A DNA stretch of 64,000 nucleotides, taken from IMG/VR virus record IMGVR_UViG_3300021365_000003. One strand, 5' to 3'. Numbering within the stretch: position 1 is the first letter of the stretch; every line of letters begins with the position of its first letter. The stretch comes from a virus. The notes beneath the pieces are model-generated. The model saw only the letters and a program-made list of their open reading frames with translations. It was not told the origin of the DNA and did not search any database. Positions 48,742 to 58,003 of this stretch are shown here, piece after piece. The position numbers and the translations under genes are program-made.

Positions 48742-49587
48742 ATGGACTTTGGCATTAAGGATATATTTTTAGTTGCCCTTCTTTTGATCGTCTTTGGGGT
48801 GGCCGCTGGCTCAATCTTCAACAAGAAGCAAAACCAGAGCCTTATCAACGAACTACAAAATAACCTTGCTGCCGCCCAAGGATCAATCGAGATCTTGGAA
48901 GGTGTAGAGTTTAGATTAGCACAAGATCTATCCTTTAAAGAAAGACAAATAGCCAACCTTCTAGGGGAAAATACCAGACTTGACGACGCAGCCAAGGAAT
49001 TAGAAGGAAAGTTAGTTTTTCTAACTCAAGTAAATGCTACACTAAGAGAAAAGATTGAGTTTACCAGCAATGATGAAGACTCTACTGCGACTACAACTGT
49101 TATAGAGTATCGTTGTGATGAAGAAACAACAAACACAACAATAACAGAAGAAACTGAGGGTATACCAAACCTAAGAGTCGACTTTGACTTAGAAAACTCA
49201 GGTTATAGAGTTTTGGGTTTTACGGAAAGCAACCCTCCGCACGCAGAACTATCCTTATCTCAACTTAGTCCTTTTGTATTAGACTTAGCGCTAAATCAAG
49301 GACCAGATGGGGGATGGAGCGCTATAGCAGCCGAACAAACAAACCGGTTGGAAATAGAGATAGGCGAGCTTATCGTGAATAGCAGACGTCTAAGAGAGCG
49401 TTGGTATGAAAGGTTTGGAGTGGGCATTGCTGTAGACGCCGGCTTAGGCACTTTTGCAGTTGGCCCAGCCCTTCACTTAGAGACAAGAACACTTGATTAT
49501 AGTGTGAATACTACTTATGATATAACAAACCAATCTGTTATTGGCGGCTTGACTATTACGTATCGGCCTTTCAGGAGAAGAAGATGA
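48742..49587 (+). CDS. Membrane-anchored coiled-coil protein with C-terminal beta strands, spanin-like
   Basis: N-terminal TM, coiled coil, C-terminal RFGVGIAVDAG...GGLTITYRPF; follows the holin-like gene. Confidence 0.45.
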   Translation: MDFGIKDIFLVALLLIVFGVAAGSIFNKKQNQSLINELQNNLAAAQGSIEILEGVEFRLAQDLSFKERQIANLLGENTRLDDAAKELEGKLVFLTQVNATLREKIEFTSNDEDSTATTTVIEYRCDEETTNTTITEETEGIPNLRVDFDLENSGYRVLGFTESNPPHAELSLSQLSPFVLDLALNQGPDGGWSAIAAEQTNRLEIEIGELIVNSRRLRERWYERFGVGIAVDAGLGTFAVGPALHLETRTLDYSVNTTYDITNQSVIGGLTITYRPFRRRR

Positions 49588-49769
49588 GTATCAAAGACAT
49601 TATAGAAGAAATAACTAAAAAACTTGTTGATGAAACAATAAAAAAAGTTGATGATGAGTATGTTGTTTATCCAAAAAAAGGCGGCGATCGTCTTGGAACA
49701 CACAAAACCAAGAAAGCAGCCAAAAAACAACTTGCCGCCATAGAAATAAACAAGGCAAAGAGAGGATAG
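49584..49769 (+). CDS. Small basic protein
   Basis: YVVYPKKGGDRLGTHKTKKAAKKQLAAIE; AGGAG RBS; ATGA overlap. Confidence 0.7.
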   Translation: MSIKDIIEEITKKLVDETIKKVDDEYVVYPKKGGDRLGTHKTKKAAKKQLAAIEINKAKRG

Positions 49770-49772
49770 TAA

Positions 49773-50606
49773 ATGTTTCAGCAGTTTTGGAAAATATTTG
49801 AGTCTGCAGAAAAAGAAAGAAGCGCTTTGCAGCAAGAACAGAAAAATAAACGCTCTCTACAAAAAGAAGAAATAAGAAAGGCAGTCTTGTCCAAAGAAAC
49901 CTTCAAACAACACGACGGCTTATCATCCAAGGTTTGGAATGAAGACGGCCACCTAAAACTAGAAGTCAAACTTAAACTAAAAAGAATAGCAAATGCATTC
50001 CTTCGAGATCACAACATTGACCCAGACGCTGTGGAAGACATTTACTTCACTGGTTCACTGGCCGGGTACAACTATCATCCTGATTCTGATGTTGACTTAC
50101 ACATTGTGGTCGATTTTTCCAAAGTTAATCAAGACATTGACTTGGTTCGTGATCTTTTTAATTCTCGTAGATTGGTGTGGAATGAGCAACATAACATAAC
50201 CATCTTTGGCCACGAAGTTGAGATCTACATTGAGGACGTCAATGAAGTATACGACGATGAAGACCGCCCTGTATACTCAATAGCCAAAGATCAGTGGATC
50301 AAAAAGCCAAGAAAAGAAGACCGAGACTTTGATTATGATTCTGCGATGAAGAAAGCGCACTTGATTATGCATCAAATAGGTTTGGTCCGAGAGTTGATGA
50401 GCCAAGAAAAGTTTGTTGAGGCAAAACGACAAGCCATCCGCATCTTCGCAAAACTCAAAAGAATGAGAAAAGCCGGCCTTCAACGAGAGGGCGCTTACTC
50501 ACCAGAAAACATTGCTTTCAAGATTCTTCGCAAACAAGGATACATTGATCAATTAGCTCAGTATAGATCTGACTCCTATGACCTAATGATGTCCTTGTCC
50601 CAATGA
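49773..50606 (+). CDS. Pol-beta superfamily nucleotidyltransferase
   Basis: FTGSLAGYNY...SDVDLHIVVD and VEIYIE. Confidence 0.85.
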   Translation: MFQQFWKIFESAEKERSALQQEQKNKRSLQKEEIRKAVLSKETFKQHDGLSSKVWNEDGHLKLEVKLKLKRIANAFLRDHNIDPDAVEDIYFTGSLAGYNYHPDSDVDLHIVVDFSKVNQDIDLVRDLFNSRRLVWNEQHNITIFGHEVEIYIEDVNEVYDDEDRPVYSIAKDQWIKKPRKEDRDFDYDSAMKKAHLIMHQIGLVRELMSQEKFVEAKRQAIRIFAKLKRMRKAGLQREGAYSPENIAFKILRKQGYIDQLAQYRSDSYDLMMSLSQ

Positions 50607-51037
50607 TCAAGATCAAAATAAATAAAATGAAAAAAGACTCTAAGTTCTCAGGTCACGTTATTATTTTCAAGGACAAAGATCATTTCCTTTCGCTGAAAAG
50701 AGGTCCCAACGATCCTTGGATGCCGGGAGCGTGGTGCTCAGTTGGCGGCCACATTCACGTTGGCGAAGACATAAAAGATGGAGCTTGCCGAGAAGTAAAA
50801 GAAGAATCAAACCTGATAATAGACCCAAAAGATCTTATTGATACTAACGTTATAAAAAAGAATAGAGTTTATTTCTTTACAACAAACAAGTTTTCAGGTA
50901 AGATCCATTTAGACGGAAAAGAGCACACAGATTATAAATGGTGTTCTATAAAAGATCTAGATAGTATGGAAACAACACCAAACTTAAAAGAAATCGTATT
51001 TATTGCTAAACAAAAGGTATACAATGCTCCCACTTGA
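50603..51037 (+). CDS. NUDIX hydrolase
   Basis: GGHIHVGEDIKDGACREVKEESNL NUDIX box; EHTDYKW. Confidence 0.9.
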   Translation: MIKIKINKMKKDSKFSGHVIIFKDKDHFLSLKRGPNDPWMPGAWCSVGGHIHVGEDIKDGACREVKEESNLIIDPKDLIDTNVIKKNRVYFFTTNKFSGKIHLDGKEHTDYKWCSIKDLDSMETTPNLKEIVFIAKQKVYNAPT

Positions 51038-51431
51038 TGAAAAAAAACTAAACGAAATAGCAAAACTAGAAAAAGCAATCAAAGAGCGATGGGGTGAAGA
51101 GACAATCAAGACACCTCAAAGCGGATGGGACGAGGAAAAAGAAAAAGATTATAAAGAGCAGCGAAAAGAGTTGGCTCAAAAAATCCAATCTAATGACTCC
51201 GAGACTTTAGAAGAACAAAAAGGATTTTTTATTACGAAGAGACTACTTAGTAAAGAAAGTAAAACTAAATGTCCCACTTGCTCTTCACAGATCAAGACCC
51301 TGAGAGACGAAACTTGTAAAACCAAATGGGATTCTTGTTTCAAATGTTACATTCAGTGGATTGAAGGAAGAGAAGAAAGGTGGAAAGAAGGATGGAGACC
51401 AGATGAGAATCACAAAAGAAAAACTAGTTGA
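51024..51431 (+). CDS. Hypothetical protein with C-terminal Cys cluster
   Basis: CPTC..C..CFKC; start placed at ATG 51024. Confidence 0.7.
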   Translation: MLPLDEKKLNEIAKLEKAIKERWGEETIKTPQSGWDEEKEKDYKEQRKELAQKIQSNDSETLEEQKGFFITKRLLSKESKTKCPTCSSQIKTLRDETCKTKWDSCFKCYIQWIEGREERWKEGWRPDENHKRKTS

Positions 51432-51963
51432 GATAATCAAGGAAGAAATAGCCGACCTAGACGAGGCAACCCTTGGAGGTCTTTTTGGCCGTGGTAAGAA
51501 AGCCTCAACCCGAAGACCCCGAAGAGGTCCAAGTGGAGCGGATGATCTAGATGTTCGTGCTGGCGAGATTGACGCAATGGATTCAGCTGCCGGTCTCAAC
51601 AAAGGCCAAAAGAAAGCTTATAGCGCTGCGATTGCAGATGCCTCATCCGACGCTGCCAAGATGGACACAAAATCATCCCAGAAAGACTTTGAGCGTGTTA
51701 TGAAGTGGGCAAATGATAATGACATTGCCACAGAAAAAGAGATTGAGAGCGCATCTGAGAAAGACTTTGAGCGTGTTATGGGCTGGGCAAATGATAATCG
51801 CATCGCCACAGAGAAAAACATTGCACGTGCAGTAGTTGATGTAATAAAAACAATGGACAGTGGCATGATAGCCAAGATCCAAGAGCCTCTTCTTGCTGAC
51901 GATGATTTCATTGAGCAGCTAGCAAATAAGATTGCTCAATACAAGCACACTCCGGGAGAATAA
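51403..51963 (+). CDS. Hypothetical protein with N-terminal KLVEIIKEE tag and internal repeat
   Basis: GGAGA RBS before ATG 51403 (MRITKEKLVEIIKEEI). Confidence 0.7.
   Translation: MRITKEKLVEIIKEEIADLDEATLGGLFGRGKKASTRRPRRGPSGADDLDVRAGEIDAMDSAAGLNKGQKKAYSAAIADASSDAAKMDTKSSQKDFERVMKWANDNDIATEKEIESASEKDFERVMGWANDNRIATEKNIARAVVDVIKTMDSGMIAKIQEPLLADDDFIEQLANKIAQYKHTPGE
51681..51823 (+). repeat. Two-copy in-frame tandem repeat, 78-nt period
   Basis: GAAAGACTTTGAGCGTGTTATG starts at 51681 and 51759; KDFERVM.WANDN.IATEK occurs twice. Confidence 0.9.
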
Positions 51964-51966
51964 CAA

Positions 51967-52458
51967 ATGACACCAGTCCAAGCACTAGCACAAGCCGCCG
52001 CCCTAGCTTATGATGGCGGCACCGACGCCAACGGCGACCCACTCAAGATTGGTCTTCGCCGTGAAGAAGGTGATCCCATCAAAGATAGCCGCCACATGGA
52101 CGGATTCACTGTTCGGACTGCCGGCGACATTCTTACAATCACTTATCAAACAGACATCAAGCTTAAAGAAGTTTATGGTGGCGGGTTTGAGGAAGAAATG
52201 GAAAGAGTTATGGCCGACATCGCCAAATACCTAACCAATCGAGCTAGCCAGATACTTGGAAAGCGTGTTAGTCTTGGCGCAGACGGCGAAGTTGATGTAC
52301 TTGTTCAGTCAACGTCAAATGTGCGAGTTTTTGCGAATGCGATCAAGAAGTACAAAATTAACGGAATGAAAGGAATAGATGAGAACCCTCCCATTCCAGC
52401 ACAAGACAAGTTGATGGAGACTTACCGACGCTTCGCTAAGGGCGCTAGGAATCTATAA
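51967..52458 (+). CDS. Hypothetical protein
   Basis: GGAG RBS; directly before terminase. Confidence 0.7.
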   Translation: MTPVQALAQAAALAYDGGTDANGDPLKIGLRREEGDPIKDSRHMDGFTVRTAGDILTITYQTDIKLKEVYGGGFEEEMERVMADIAKYLTNRASQILGKRVSLGADGEVDVLVQSTSNVRVFANAIKKYKINGMKGIDENPPIPAQDKLMETYRRFAKGARNL

Positions 52459-52463
52459 CTAGT

Positions 52464-54035
52464 GTGCTTAATAAAGAGCAGGTAATAAAAGAGATTGTTA
52501 GGTGCGGCAAAGATCCCAATTACTTTATTGAGAACTATGTTCGCATCTCTCACCCCGAACAAGGCCCTATACCATTTAGGACCTACCCCTTCCAGAAAGA
52601 CCTTCTTCAGGATTATAACGCTTACCGCTTCAACATAATCTTAAAAGGACGTCAGCTTGGCATCTCAACAATAACCGCAGCATACTCTGCGTGGCTTATT
52701 CTCTTCCACAGGGAAAAGAACATTCTTGTTGTTGCGACCAAACTCTCAACAGCCGGCAACCTGGTTAAGAAAGTTAAGTTCATGATAAAGAACTTACCAC
52801 CTTGGTTGCAAATAGCTGATATATCAATAGACAACAGAAACTCATTTGAGTTAACAAACGGCTCACAGATAAAGGCTTCTTCAACGTCAGGAGATGCCGG
52901 CCGTTCAGAAGCACTATCACTCCTAGTGGTAGATGAGGCTGCTCACGTTGATGGCTTGGACGATCTTTGGAAAGGTTTGTATCCAACACTATCAACCGGC
53001 GGTCGTTGTATTGCCTTGTCAACACCAAACGGGATTGGTAACTGGTTTTACCGTATGTATTCCGACGCTGATGCTGGTCTAAACGATTTCCATCCAACTA
53101 GCTTGCCTTGGCACCTTCACCCTGATCGTGATGAAGAATGGTTTAAAAAAGAAACAAGAAACATGACCAAAAAGGAGATAGCACAGGAGCTAGAATGTTC
53201 CTTCCTATCTTCAGGTGAGACTGTTATTGATGCCGAATACTTAGAATGGGTATTTGAGCAAGCCCAAGAACCCCTATACAGAGACGGCTTTGATAGAAAC
53301 CTTTGGATTTGGCAAGAATACGATCCCGCATCAAAATACTTTATGGCTGTTGACGTTGCTAGGGGTGACGGTGAAGACTATTCTGCTTTTCACGTTTGGA
53401 ACATTACCACAAATGAAATAGTTGCGGAATACCAAGGAAAAGTCGCCATAGATATGTACGCCAACATGGTACATCAGGCCGCAACAAGATACGGCACGTG
53501 TTTGGTTGTTGTAGAAAGTAATAATATTGGGTTTATGCTTATTGACAAGTTGAAAGATCTAAGGTATAATAACTTATACTATTCTAAGGGAGATGAGTTT
53601 ATTGATCCTTTAATAGCAGAAAACATTACCGGCGCAACACCCGGCTTTACCACTTCTTCTAAGACAAGGCCATTAATCATCGCCAAAATGGAAGAAATGA
53701 TTCGCAACCAACTAGTTATAACAAGGTCTAAAAGATTATTTGGAGAATTTAAAACTTTCATCTGGAAAAATGGCCGACCTCAAGCAATGAGATCAAAGCA
53801 CGATGACTTGGTAATGTCTTTTGCGATCGCTTGCTGGATTAGAGACGCCGTATACGAAGAAAGCGCTTATGACCGAGAAAAATCAGAAAAAATGATGAAC
53901 GCATTCTTTACAGATAAAAGAGAACTAAATACAACTATCCCTGGAATGATTGGCCACTTACCAGTTATGAAATCAGGACAGGCAAGCGAAGCAAAAAAAC
54001 AACAGCAACAATATTCTTGGCTATACAAGGGCTAA
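52464..54035 (+). CDS. terL: Terminase large subunit (T4 gp17-like)
   Basis: YFIENYVRI, KGRQLGIST, LVVDEAAH, STPNG, QELECSF, VDVARG..DYSAF, HDDLVM. Confidence 0.96.
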   Translation: MLNKEQVIKEIVRCGKDPNYFIENYVRISHPEQGPIPFRTYPFQKDLLQDYNAYRFNIILKGRQLGISTITAAYSAWLILFHREKNILVVATKLSTAGNLVKKVKFMIKNLPPWLQIADISIDNRNSFELTNGSQIKASSTSGDAGRSEALSLLVVDEAAHVDGLDDLWKGLYPTLSTGGRCIALSTPNGIGNWFYRMYSDADAGLNDFHPTSLPWHLHPDRDEEWFKKETRNMTKKEIAQELECSFLSSGETVIDAEYLEWVFEQAQEPLYRDGFDRNLWIWQEYDPASKYFMAVDVARGDGEDYSAFHVWNITTNEIVAEYQGKVAIDMYANMVHQAATRYGTCLVVVESNNIGFMLIDKLKDLRYNNLYYSKGDEFIDPLIAENITGATPGFTTSSKTRPLIIAKMEEMIRNQLVITRSKRLFGEFKTFIWKNGRPQAMRSKHDDLVMSFAIACWIRDAVYEESAYDREKSEKMMNAFFTDKRELNTTIPGMIGHLPVMKSGQASEAKKQQQQYSWLYKG

Positions 54036-54038
54036 AAA

Positions 54039-56000
54039 ATGGCATATAAAAAAACAATCATACCTAAAAGAAGTTCAGAGAACACAAGAAACCCGGACAA
54101 CCCGCTTTACAAGGCGCTTACACGGCTTTTCTCAGGCCCAATCGTCAACTATCGACACGAGCAGGCAAGAAAATACCGCCGAAAGGAACTTGATAAGTTT
54201 AATTGGACCTCCGCATCAGGAAAAGAGTTCAAAAAAGCCGATTACGAGAAGAACTACTCGTTTTACGGCGACTTTATGCTCAATCAGAACCGGAACGATC
54301 GATATATTGACTTCGATCAGATGGAGTACATGCCAGAACTAAACTCTGCGCTTGATATTTATGCCGATGAGATGACTACCTCAACAGACATTCGTAAAAT
54401 GCTTACGATTGACTGTCCAAACCAAGAAATCAAGACGGCATTACAGATCTTGTTTTACGATGTTCTCAATGTAGACCTCAACCTTTACGGATGGGCAAGA
54501 ACTCTTTGTAAGTATGGAGACTTTTTCCTTTATTTGGACGTTGATGAAAAACTAGGCATCCAAAATGTTGTTTCTATGCCCCTCAGCGAACTAGAAAGGC
54601 TAGAAGGACAAGATGAAAACAACCCAAACTATCTACAGTTTCAGTGGAACTCCGGTGGCTTGACTTTTGAGGACTGGCAGATAGCTCACTTCCGTATTTT
54701 AGGAAATAATAAGTACAACCCCTATGGAACCTCTGTTCTTGAGGGGTCTCGCCGTATCTGGAGGCAACTAACGCTCGTAGAAGACGCAATGATGTCCTAT
54801 CGTATCGTAAGAGCGCCCGAACGCCGAGTGTTTTATGTTGATGTTGGCGCTGTAGCCCCACAGGACGTAAGCACATACATGCAAGAGGTTATGACTACCC
54901 TCAAACGAAACCAAATCGTTGATGCAGACAGCGGAAGAGCAGATCTTCGCTATAACCCAATGTCTGTAGAGGAAGATTATTACATTCCAGTTCGAGGCGG
55001 CCAACAAGGGACAAAGATCGAGACATTAGCAGGAGGTCAGTTCACTTCACAAATCGAAGACGTGAAATACCTTCGTGAAAAGCTATTTTCCGCCATCAAG
55101 ATCCCACAAGCTTATCTAGTCGCCGGTGAGAACGCAGAAGACCGAACATCTCTCTCACAGAAAGACATTCGTTTCGCCAGAACCATCCAACGCCTCCAAA
55201 AGGCCTTGATTTCCGAGCTTACAAAGATTGGAATGGTTCACCTTTATACTTTAGGCTTTAGAAAGTCTGATCTTACAGGTTTCAACCTCAAACTCAATAA
55301 CCCGTCTAGGATTGCCGAACTTCAGGATCTAGAGACAATGAAAACACAGTTTGAGGTTGCCTCATCCGCAACTGAAGGCTTTTTCTCTAAGAGGTACATT
55401 GCCGAGCACATTTTCAACATCTCACAAGAAGAATTCCTTCGCAACCAGCGTGAAATGTACTTTGACCGAAAGTTCGCTTCTGACCTTGACGCTGCAGCAG
55501 CCTCCGATGAGGAAGAAACCTCACTTGGCGGCGGCGACATAGGCGCTTTTGGAGCGGACTCCGAAACACCTGATTTAGGTGGAGAGGAAACACCGGATAT
55601 TGACGCTGCTGAACCAGAAGAGGACATTCTAAAAGTCGCACCGGGCAAAAGGGACGATAAACCTTACATAACCAAAGATGAGGCCGGGCGCTTGGTTACA
55701 ACAACTCCAAAGTCAAAAGGCAAAATGTACAAGCCTAAGAAAGATGGAAGAATCAAGAAGAACCGAATGGCAATGAAATCAACGGCTGTTCCAGAGTTCG
55801 CAACAGGTAACACAAGAAGATCAAAACTAGGTCTTCCAAAACCCTCGGACCTTTTTGAGAATATAGAACCAACCTTAGAGGGGATGGTTGAGAAAAAAGA
55901 AACTAGTTATACAGTAGAGAACGATTTTGAGGAACATTCCAAAGAAATCGACAATCTTTTAGAATCACTGGAGAGAAAAGATGATGACCAAGTACAATAA
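54039..56000 (+). CDS. Portal protein (T4 gp20-like)
   Basis: EDAMMSYRIVRAPERRVFYVDVG, EDYYIPVRG..GTKIETLAGG. Confidence 0.96.
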   Translation: MAYKKTIIPKRSSENTRNPDNPLYKALTRLFSGPIVNYRHEQARKYRRKELDKFNWTSASGKEFKKADYEKNYSFYGDFMLNQNRNDRYIDFDQMEYMPELNSALDIYADEMTTSTDIRKMLTIDCPNQEIKTALQILFYDVLNVDLNLYGWARTLCKYGDFFLYLDVDEKLGIQNVVSMPLSELERLEGQDENNPNYLQFQWNSGGLTFEDWQIAHFRILGNNKYNPYGTSVLEGSRRIWRQLTLVEDAMMSYRIVRAPERRVFYVDVGAVAPQDVSTYMQEVMTTLKRNQIVDADSGRADLRYNPMSVEEDYYIPVRGGQQGTKIETLAGGQFTSQIEDVKYLREKLFSAIKIPQAYLVAGENAEDRTSLSQKDIRFARTIQRLQKALISELTKIGMVHLYTLGFRKSDLTGFNLKLNNPSRIAELQDLETMKTQFEVASSATEGFFSKRYIAEHIFNISQEEFLRNQREMYFDRKFASDLDAAAASDEEETSLGGGDIGAFGADSETPDLGGEETPDIDAAEPEEDILKVAPGKRDDKPYITKDEAGRLVTTTPKSKGKMYKPKKDGRIKKNRMAMKSTAVPEFATGNTRRSKLGLPKPSDLFENIEPTLEGMVEKKETSYTVENDFEEHSKEIDNLLESLERKDDDQVQ

Positions 56001-56805
56001 GAAAAGAAATACCGCTTTTCTTTATGAAGCATTAGTTAGAGAGCTTACAAAAGCGGCTCTTGTAGATGATAAAGAAAAAGCAGCCAAGATAACCAAGATC
56101 GTAAAAGAACACTTCAAGAAAGACACCTTGCTCTATAAAGAGCTTTATCTTTACCGAACGCTCTTAGAGACAAAAGACATGTCCGAGCCTCACTTGGCCG
56201 ACCGTCTAATCCAAGAAAGTAAGTTTTCGTATGCGATGGCCGATCGAAAGCAAACATTCAACGCACAAACAAAGCTTATTGACGCTATAAACAAGCAACT
56301 AGGCACAAGCGTATACAACAACTTTGTTCCAAATTATAGAGATCTAGGCACTATACACAGTATTCTACAAGGTGTGGATAATACCAAAAGCCGTGTTTTA
56401 GTGGAAGACAACCTAGTCAAGAAACTTTGTGGTCAAGAAGCACTCAATGAAAAGAAAGAATATAAGCCAATAGACACATTAGTTTATCGTGAGTTTGTTA
56501 AGAACTTTAATGATGAATACGGCACAATGCTTTCAGAAGGTCAAAAGAAAATAGTTTCTCAGTTCATTACCTCATTTGCTGATGATGGAGTTGAGTTCAA
56601 AATGTTTATTACAGAAAAGCTTAATGAACTAAAATATGCCCTAGAAAGTTTTGAAGCAAAAAACCCAGTTATCTCAGAAGGCATACAAGACATTACAAAG
56701 AAGTTTAATAACTTTGAGAACTTAGAGCTAAATGAAGAGCTTCTTTTGGATACTCTCAAGCTTCAATCCCTAGTAGAGGAGATCAACTATGGCGATTCAA
56801 ATTAA
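55981..56805 (+). CDS. Hypothetical head-module protein
   Basis: 274-aa helical ORF overlapping the portal end. Confidence 0.72.
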   Translation: MMTKYNKKRNTAFLYEALVRELTKAALVDDKEKAAKITKIVKEHFKKDTLLYKELYLYRTLLETKDMSEPHLADRLIQESKFSYAMADRKQTFNAQTKLIDAINKQLGTSVYNNFVPNYRDLGTIHSILQGVDNTKSRVLVEDNLVKKLCGQEALNEKKEYKPIDTLVYREFVKNFNDEYGTMLSEGQKKIVSQFITSFADDGVEFKMFITEKLNELKYALESFEAKNPVISEGIQDITKKFNNFENLELNEELLLDTLKLQSLVEEINYGDSN

Positions 56806-57325
56806 AGTAAGCGACTCCTCAACACCGGACACTCCTCCCGATCGGACCATCAAGCTAAAAGCGAAGAAAGCGCTCAACGGCGACATCTTGGTCAACGATC
56901 ATCCAGAGCTTCACGTAATCGTCTCACGTAAAGACGCTAAAATAACAACTTTTCCAAAAACGGAAATGGGGGATCATACTTATCATTCACAGGATGATCT
57001 TTTCTCCTATCTTGCAGACTATGGCGTTATCGCACACGGCTCAATGCAGGGCGGTATTATGATGGGGTCTATGGAGGCTGCTATAATGAAGCCGGCGGAA
57101 GGCTCTAAGATTGATTTTGTAGAAGTTACCCTATCAAGACTTTATGACTATTTCCAAATGGAAGAGCCAAGCTTTGCAATGAACGATAAGTTTGAAGACA
57201 ACGAGCAAGAGCGTCTTACAGATCCAGAGGTTTATACAGATCTAGGGAACGTTCCGCAAGCAGAGAAGAAAGGATCAATCGATCCTCGGTTTGCTCGCAG
57301 GTATTACATTACTTACCACTTCTAA
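56789..57325 (+). CDS. Hypothetical protein
   Basis: GAGGAG RBS; overlaps both neighbours. Confidence 0.72.
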   Translation: MAIQIKVSDSSTPDTPPDRTIKLKAKKALNGDILVNDHPELHVIVSRKDAKITTFPKTEMGDHTYHSQDDLFSYLADYGVIAHGSMQGGIMMGSMEAAIMKPAEGSKIDFVEVTLSRLYDYFQMEEPSFAMNDKFEDNEQERLTDPEVYTDLGNVPQAEKKGSIDPRFARRYYITYHF

Positions 57326-57594
57326 TGCCGCTGCTGCTTTTTATTCTGGCTAGTTATGGATTGACACAGATCTTGGTCTATGGATCAATCTTTAATAGTA
57401 TCAGGCCAAAGCACCACTTTTTCCACTGCCCTATGTGCGTTGGTTTTTGGGCTGGCTTGCTTATTTACTGTATTCTAAACACACCCGAACTCTCATACAG
57501 CTTTGCTTATGGGTGTCTTTCATCAGGCACCTCTTATGCTCTTTGCCAAATTTTCGGTGATGAAGGAATAAATTTTAGAACTAATAAAACTTAA
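57325..57594 (+). CDS. Small membrane protein with CxxC (DUF1360-like)
   Basis: Hydrophobic helices around HCPMCVGFW. Confidence 0.65.
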   Translation: MPLLLFILASYGLTQILVYGSIFNSIRPKHHFFHCPMCVGFWAGLLIYCILNTPELSYSFAYGCLSSGTSYALCQIFGDEGINFRTNKT

Positions 57595-57595
57595 C

Positions 57596-57605
57596 ACTAT
57601 TTATA
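57596..57605 (+). promoter_or_regulatory. ACTATTTATA motif, putative late promoter
   Basis: Intergenic, before AAGGAG and ATG 57635. Confidence 0.7.
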
Positions 57606-57634
57606 AGGCAAGAAACATTTTAAAGGAGAATTAA

Positions 57635-57862
57635 ATGAAAACCACAAAAACAAAGCTTGTAGAGATTATCAAAGAAGAGCTTTCCGCTGCGATGAACGAG
57701 CGTCGCATGACGCCCGAAGGACTTCTTGCTACAATAAAAGATAAGTTAGAATACCTAAATCAAGAAGTCCTTATCGTTGGCGCCGGCGAAAACGAGCTTA
57801 ACGAAGCCGCCGAAGCCATTGGTGAACTAGTTGAAATGATTAATACTCTTCTTTTTACTTAA
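57635..57862 (+). CDS. Small protein with N-terminal KLVEIIKEE tag
   Basis: MKTTKTKLVEIIKEEL; AAGGAG RBS. Confidence 0.75.
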   Translation: MKTTKTKLVEIIKEELSAAMNERRMTPEGLLATIKDKLEYLNQEVLIVGAGENELNEAAEAIGELVEMINTLLFT

Positions 57863-57882
57863 GAAATTTTTGAGTTTTTAAG

Positions 57883-57892
57883 ACTATTTATA
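57883..57892 (+). promoter_or_regulatory. ACTATTTATA motif, putative late promoter
   Basis: Intergenic, before GGAG and ATG 57910. Confidence 0.7.
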
Positions 57893-57909
57893 AAAGAATG
57901 GAGATTATT

Positions 57910-57969
57910 ATGCCTTGGACACAAAAATGGGCTCTACAGCCGGTTCGTCGCTGCTGCAAAGGGTCTTGA
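57910..57969 (+). CDS. Micro-ORF MPWTQKWALQPVRRCCKGS (19 aa)
   Basis: Own upstream motif, GGAGA RBS at 57900-57904, TGA at 57967-57969. Confidence 0.6.
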   Translation: MPWTQKWALQPVRRCCKGS

Positions 57970-57974
57970 ACCGA

Positions 57975-57989
57975 GCGGGTGACGCCCGC
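57975..57989 (+). promoter_or_regulatory. GC-rich hairpin between micro-ORF stop and protease RBS
   Basis: GCGGG-TGACG-CCCGC with no following U tract. Confidence 0.55.
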
Positions 57990-58003
57990 CAAAGGAAATT
58001 TAG

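Noticed and set aside
52464-56000. Inteins or introns in terminase and portal
   Set aside because: Both frames are continuous with normal motif spacing and no intein or homing endonuclease signatures
57975-57989. Hairpin as an intrinsic terminator
   Set aside because: It is followed by CAAAGGAAA, not a U tract, and lies just downstream of a putative promoter
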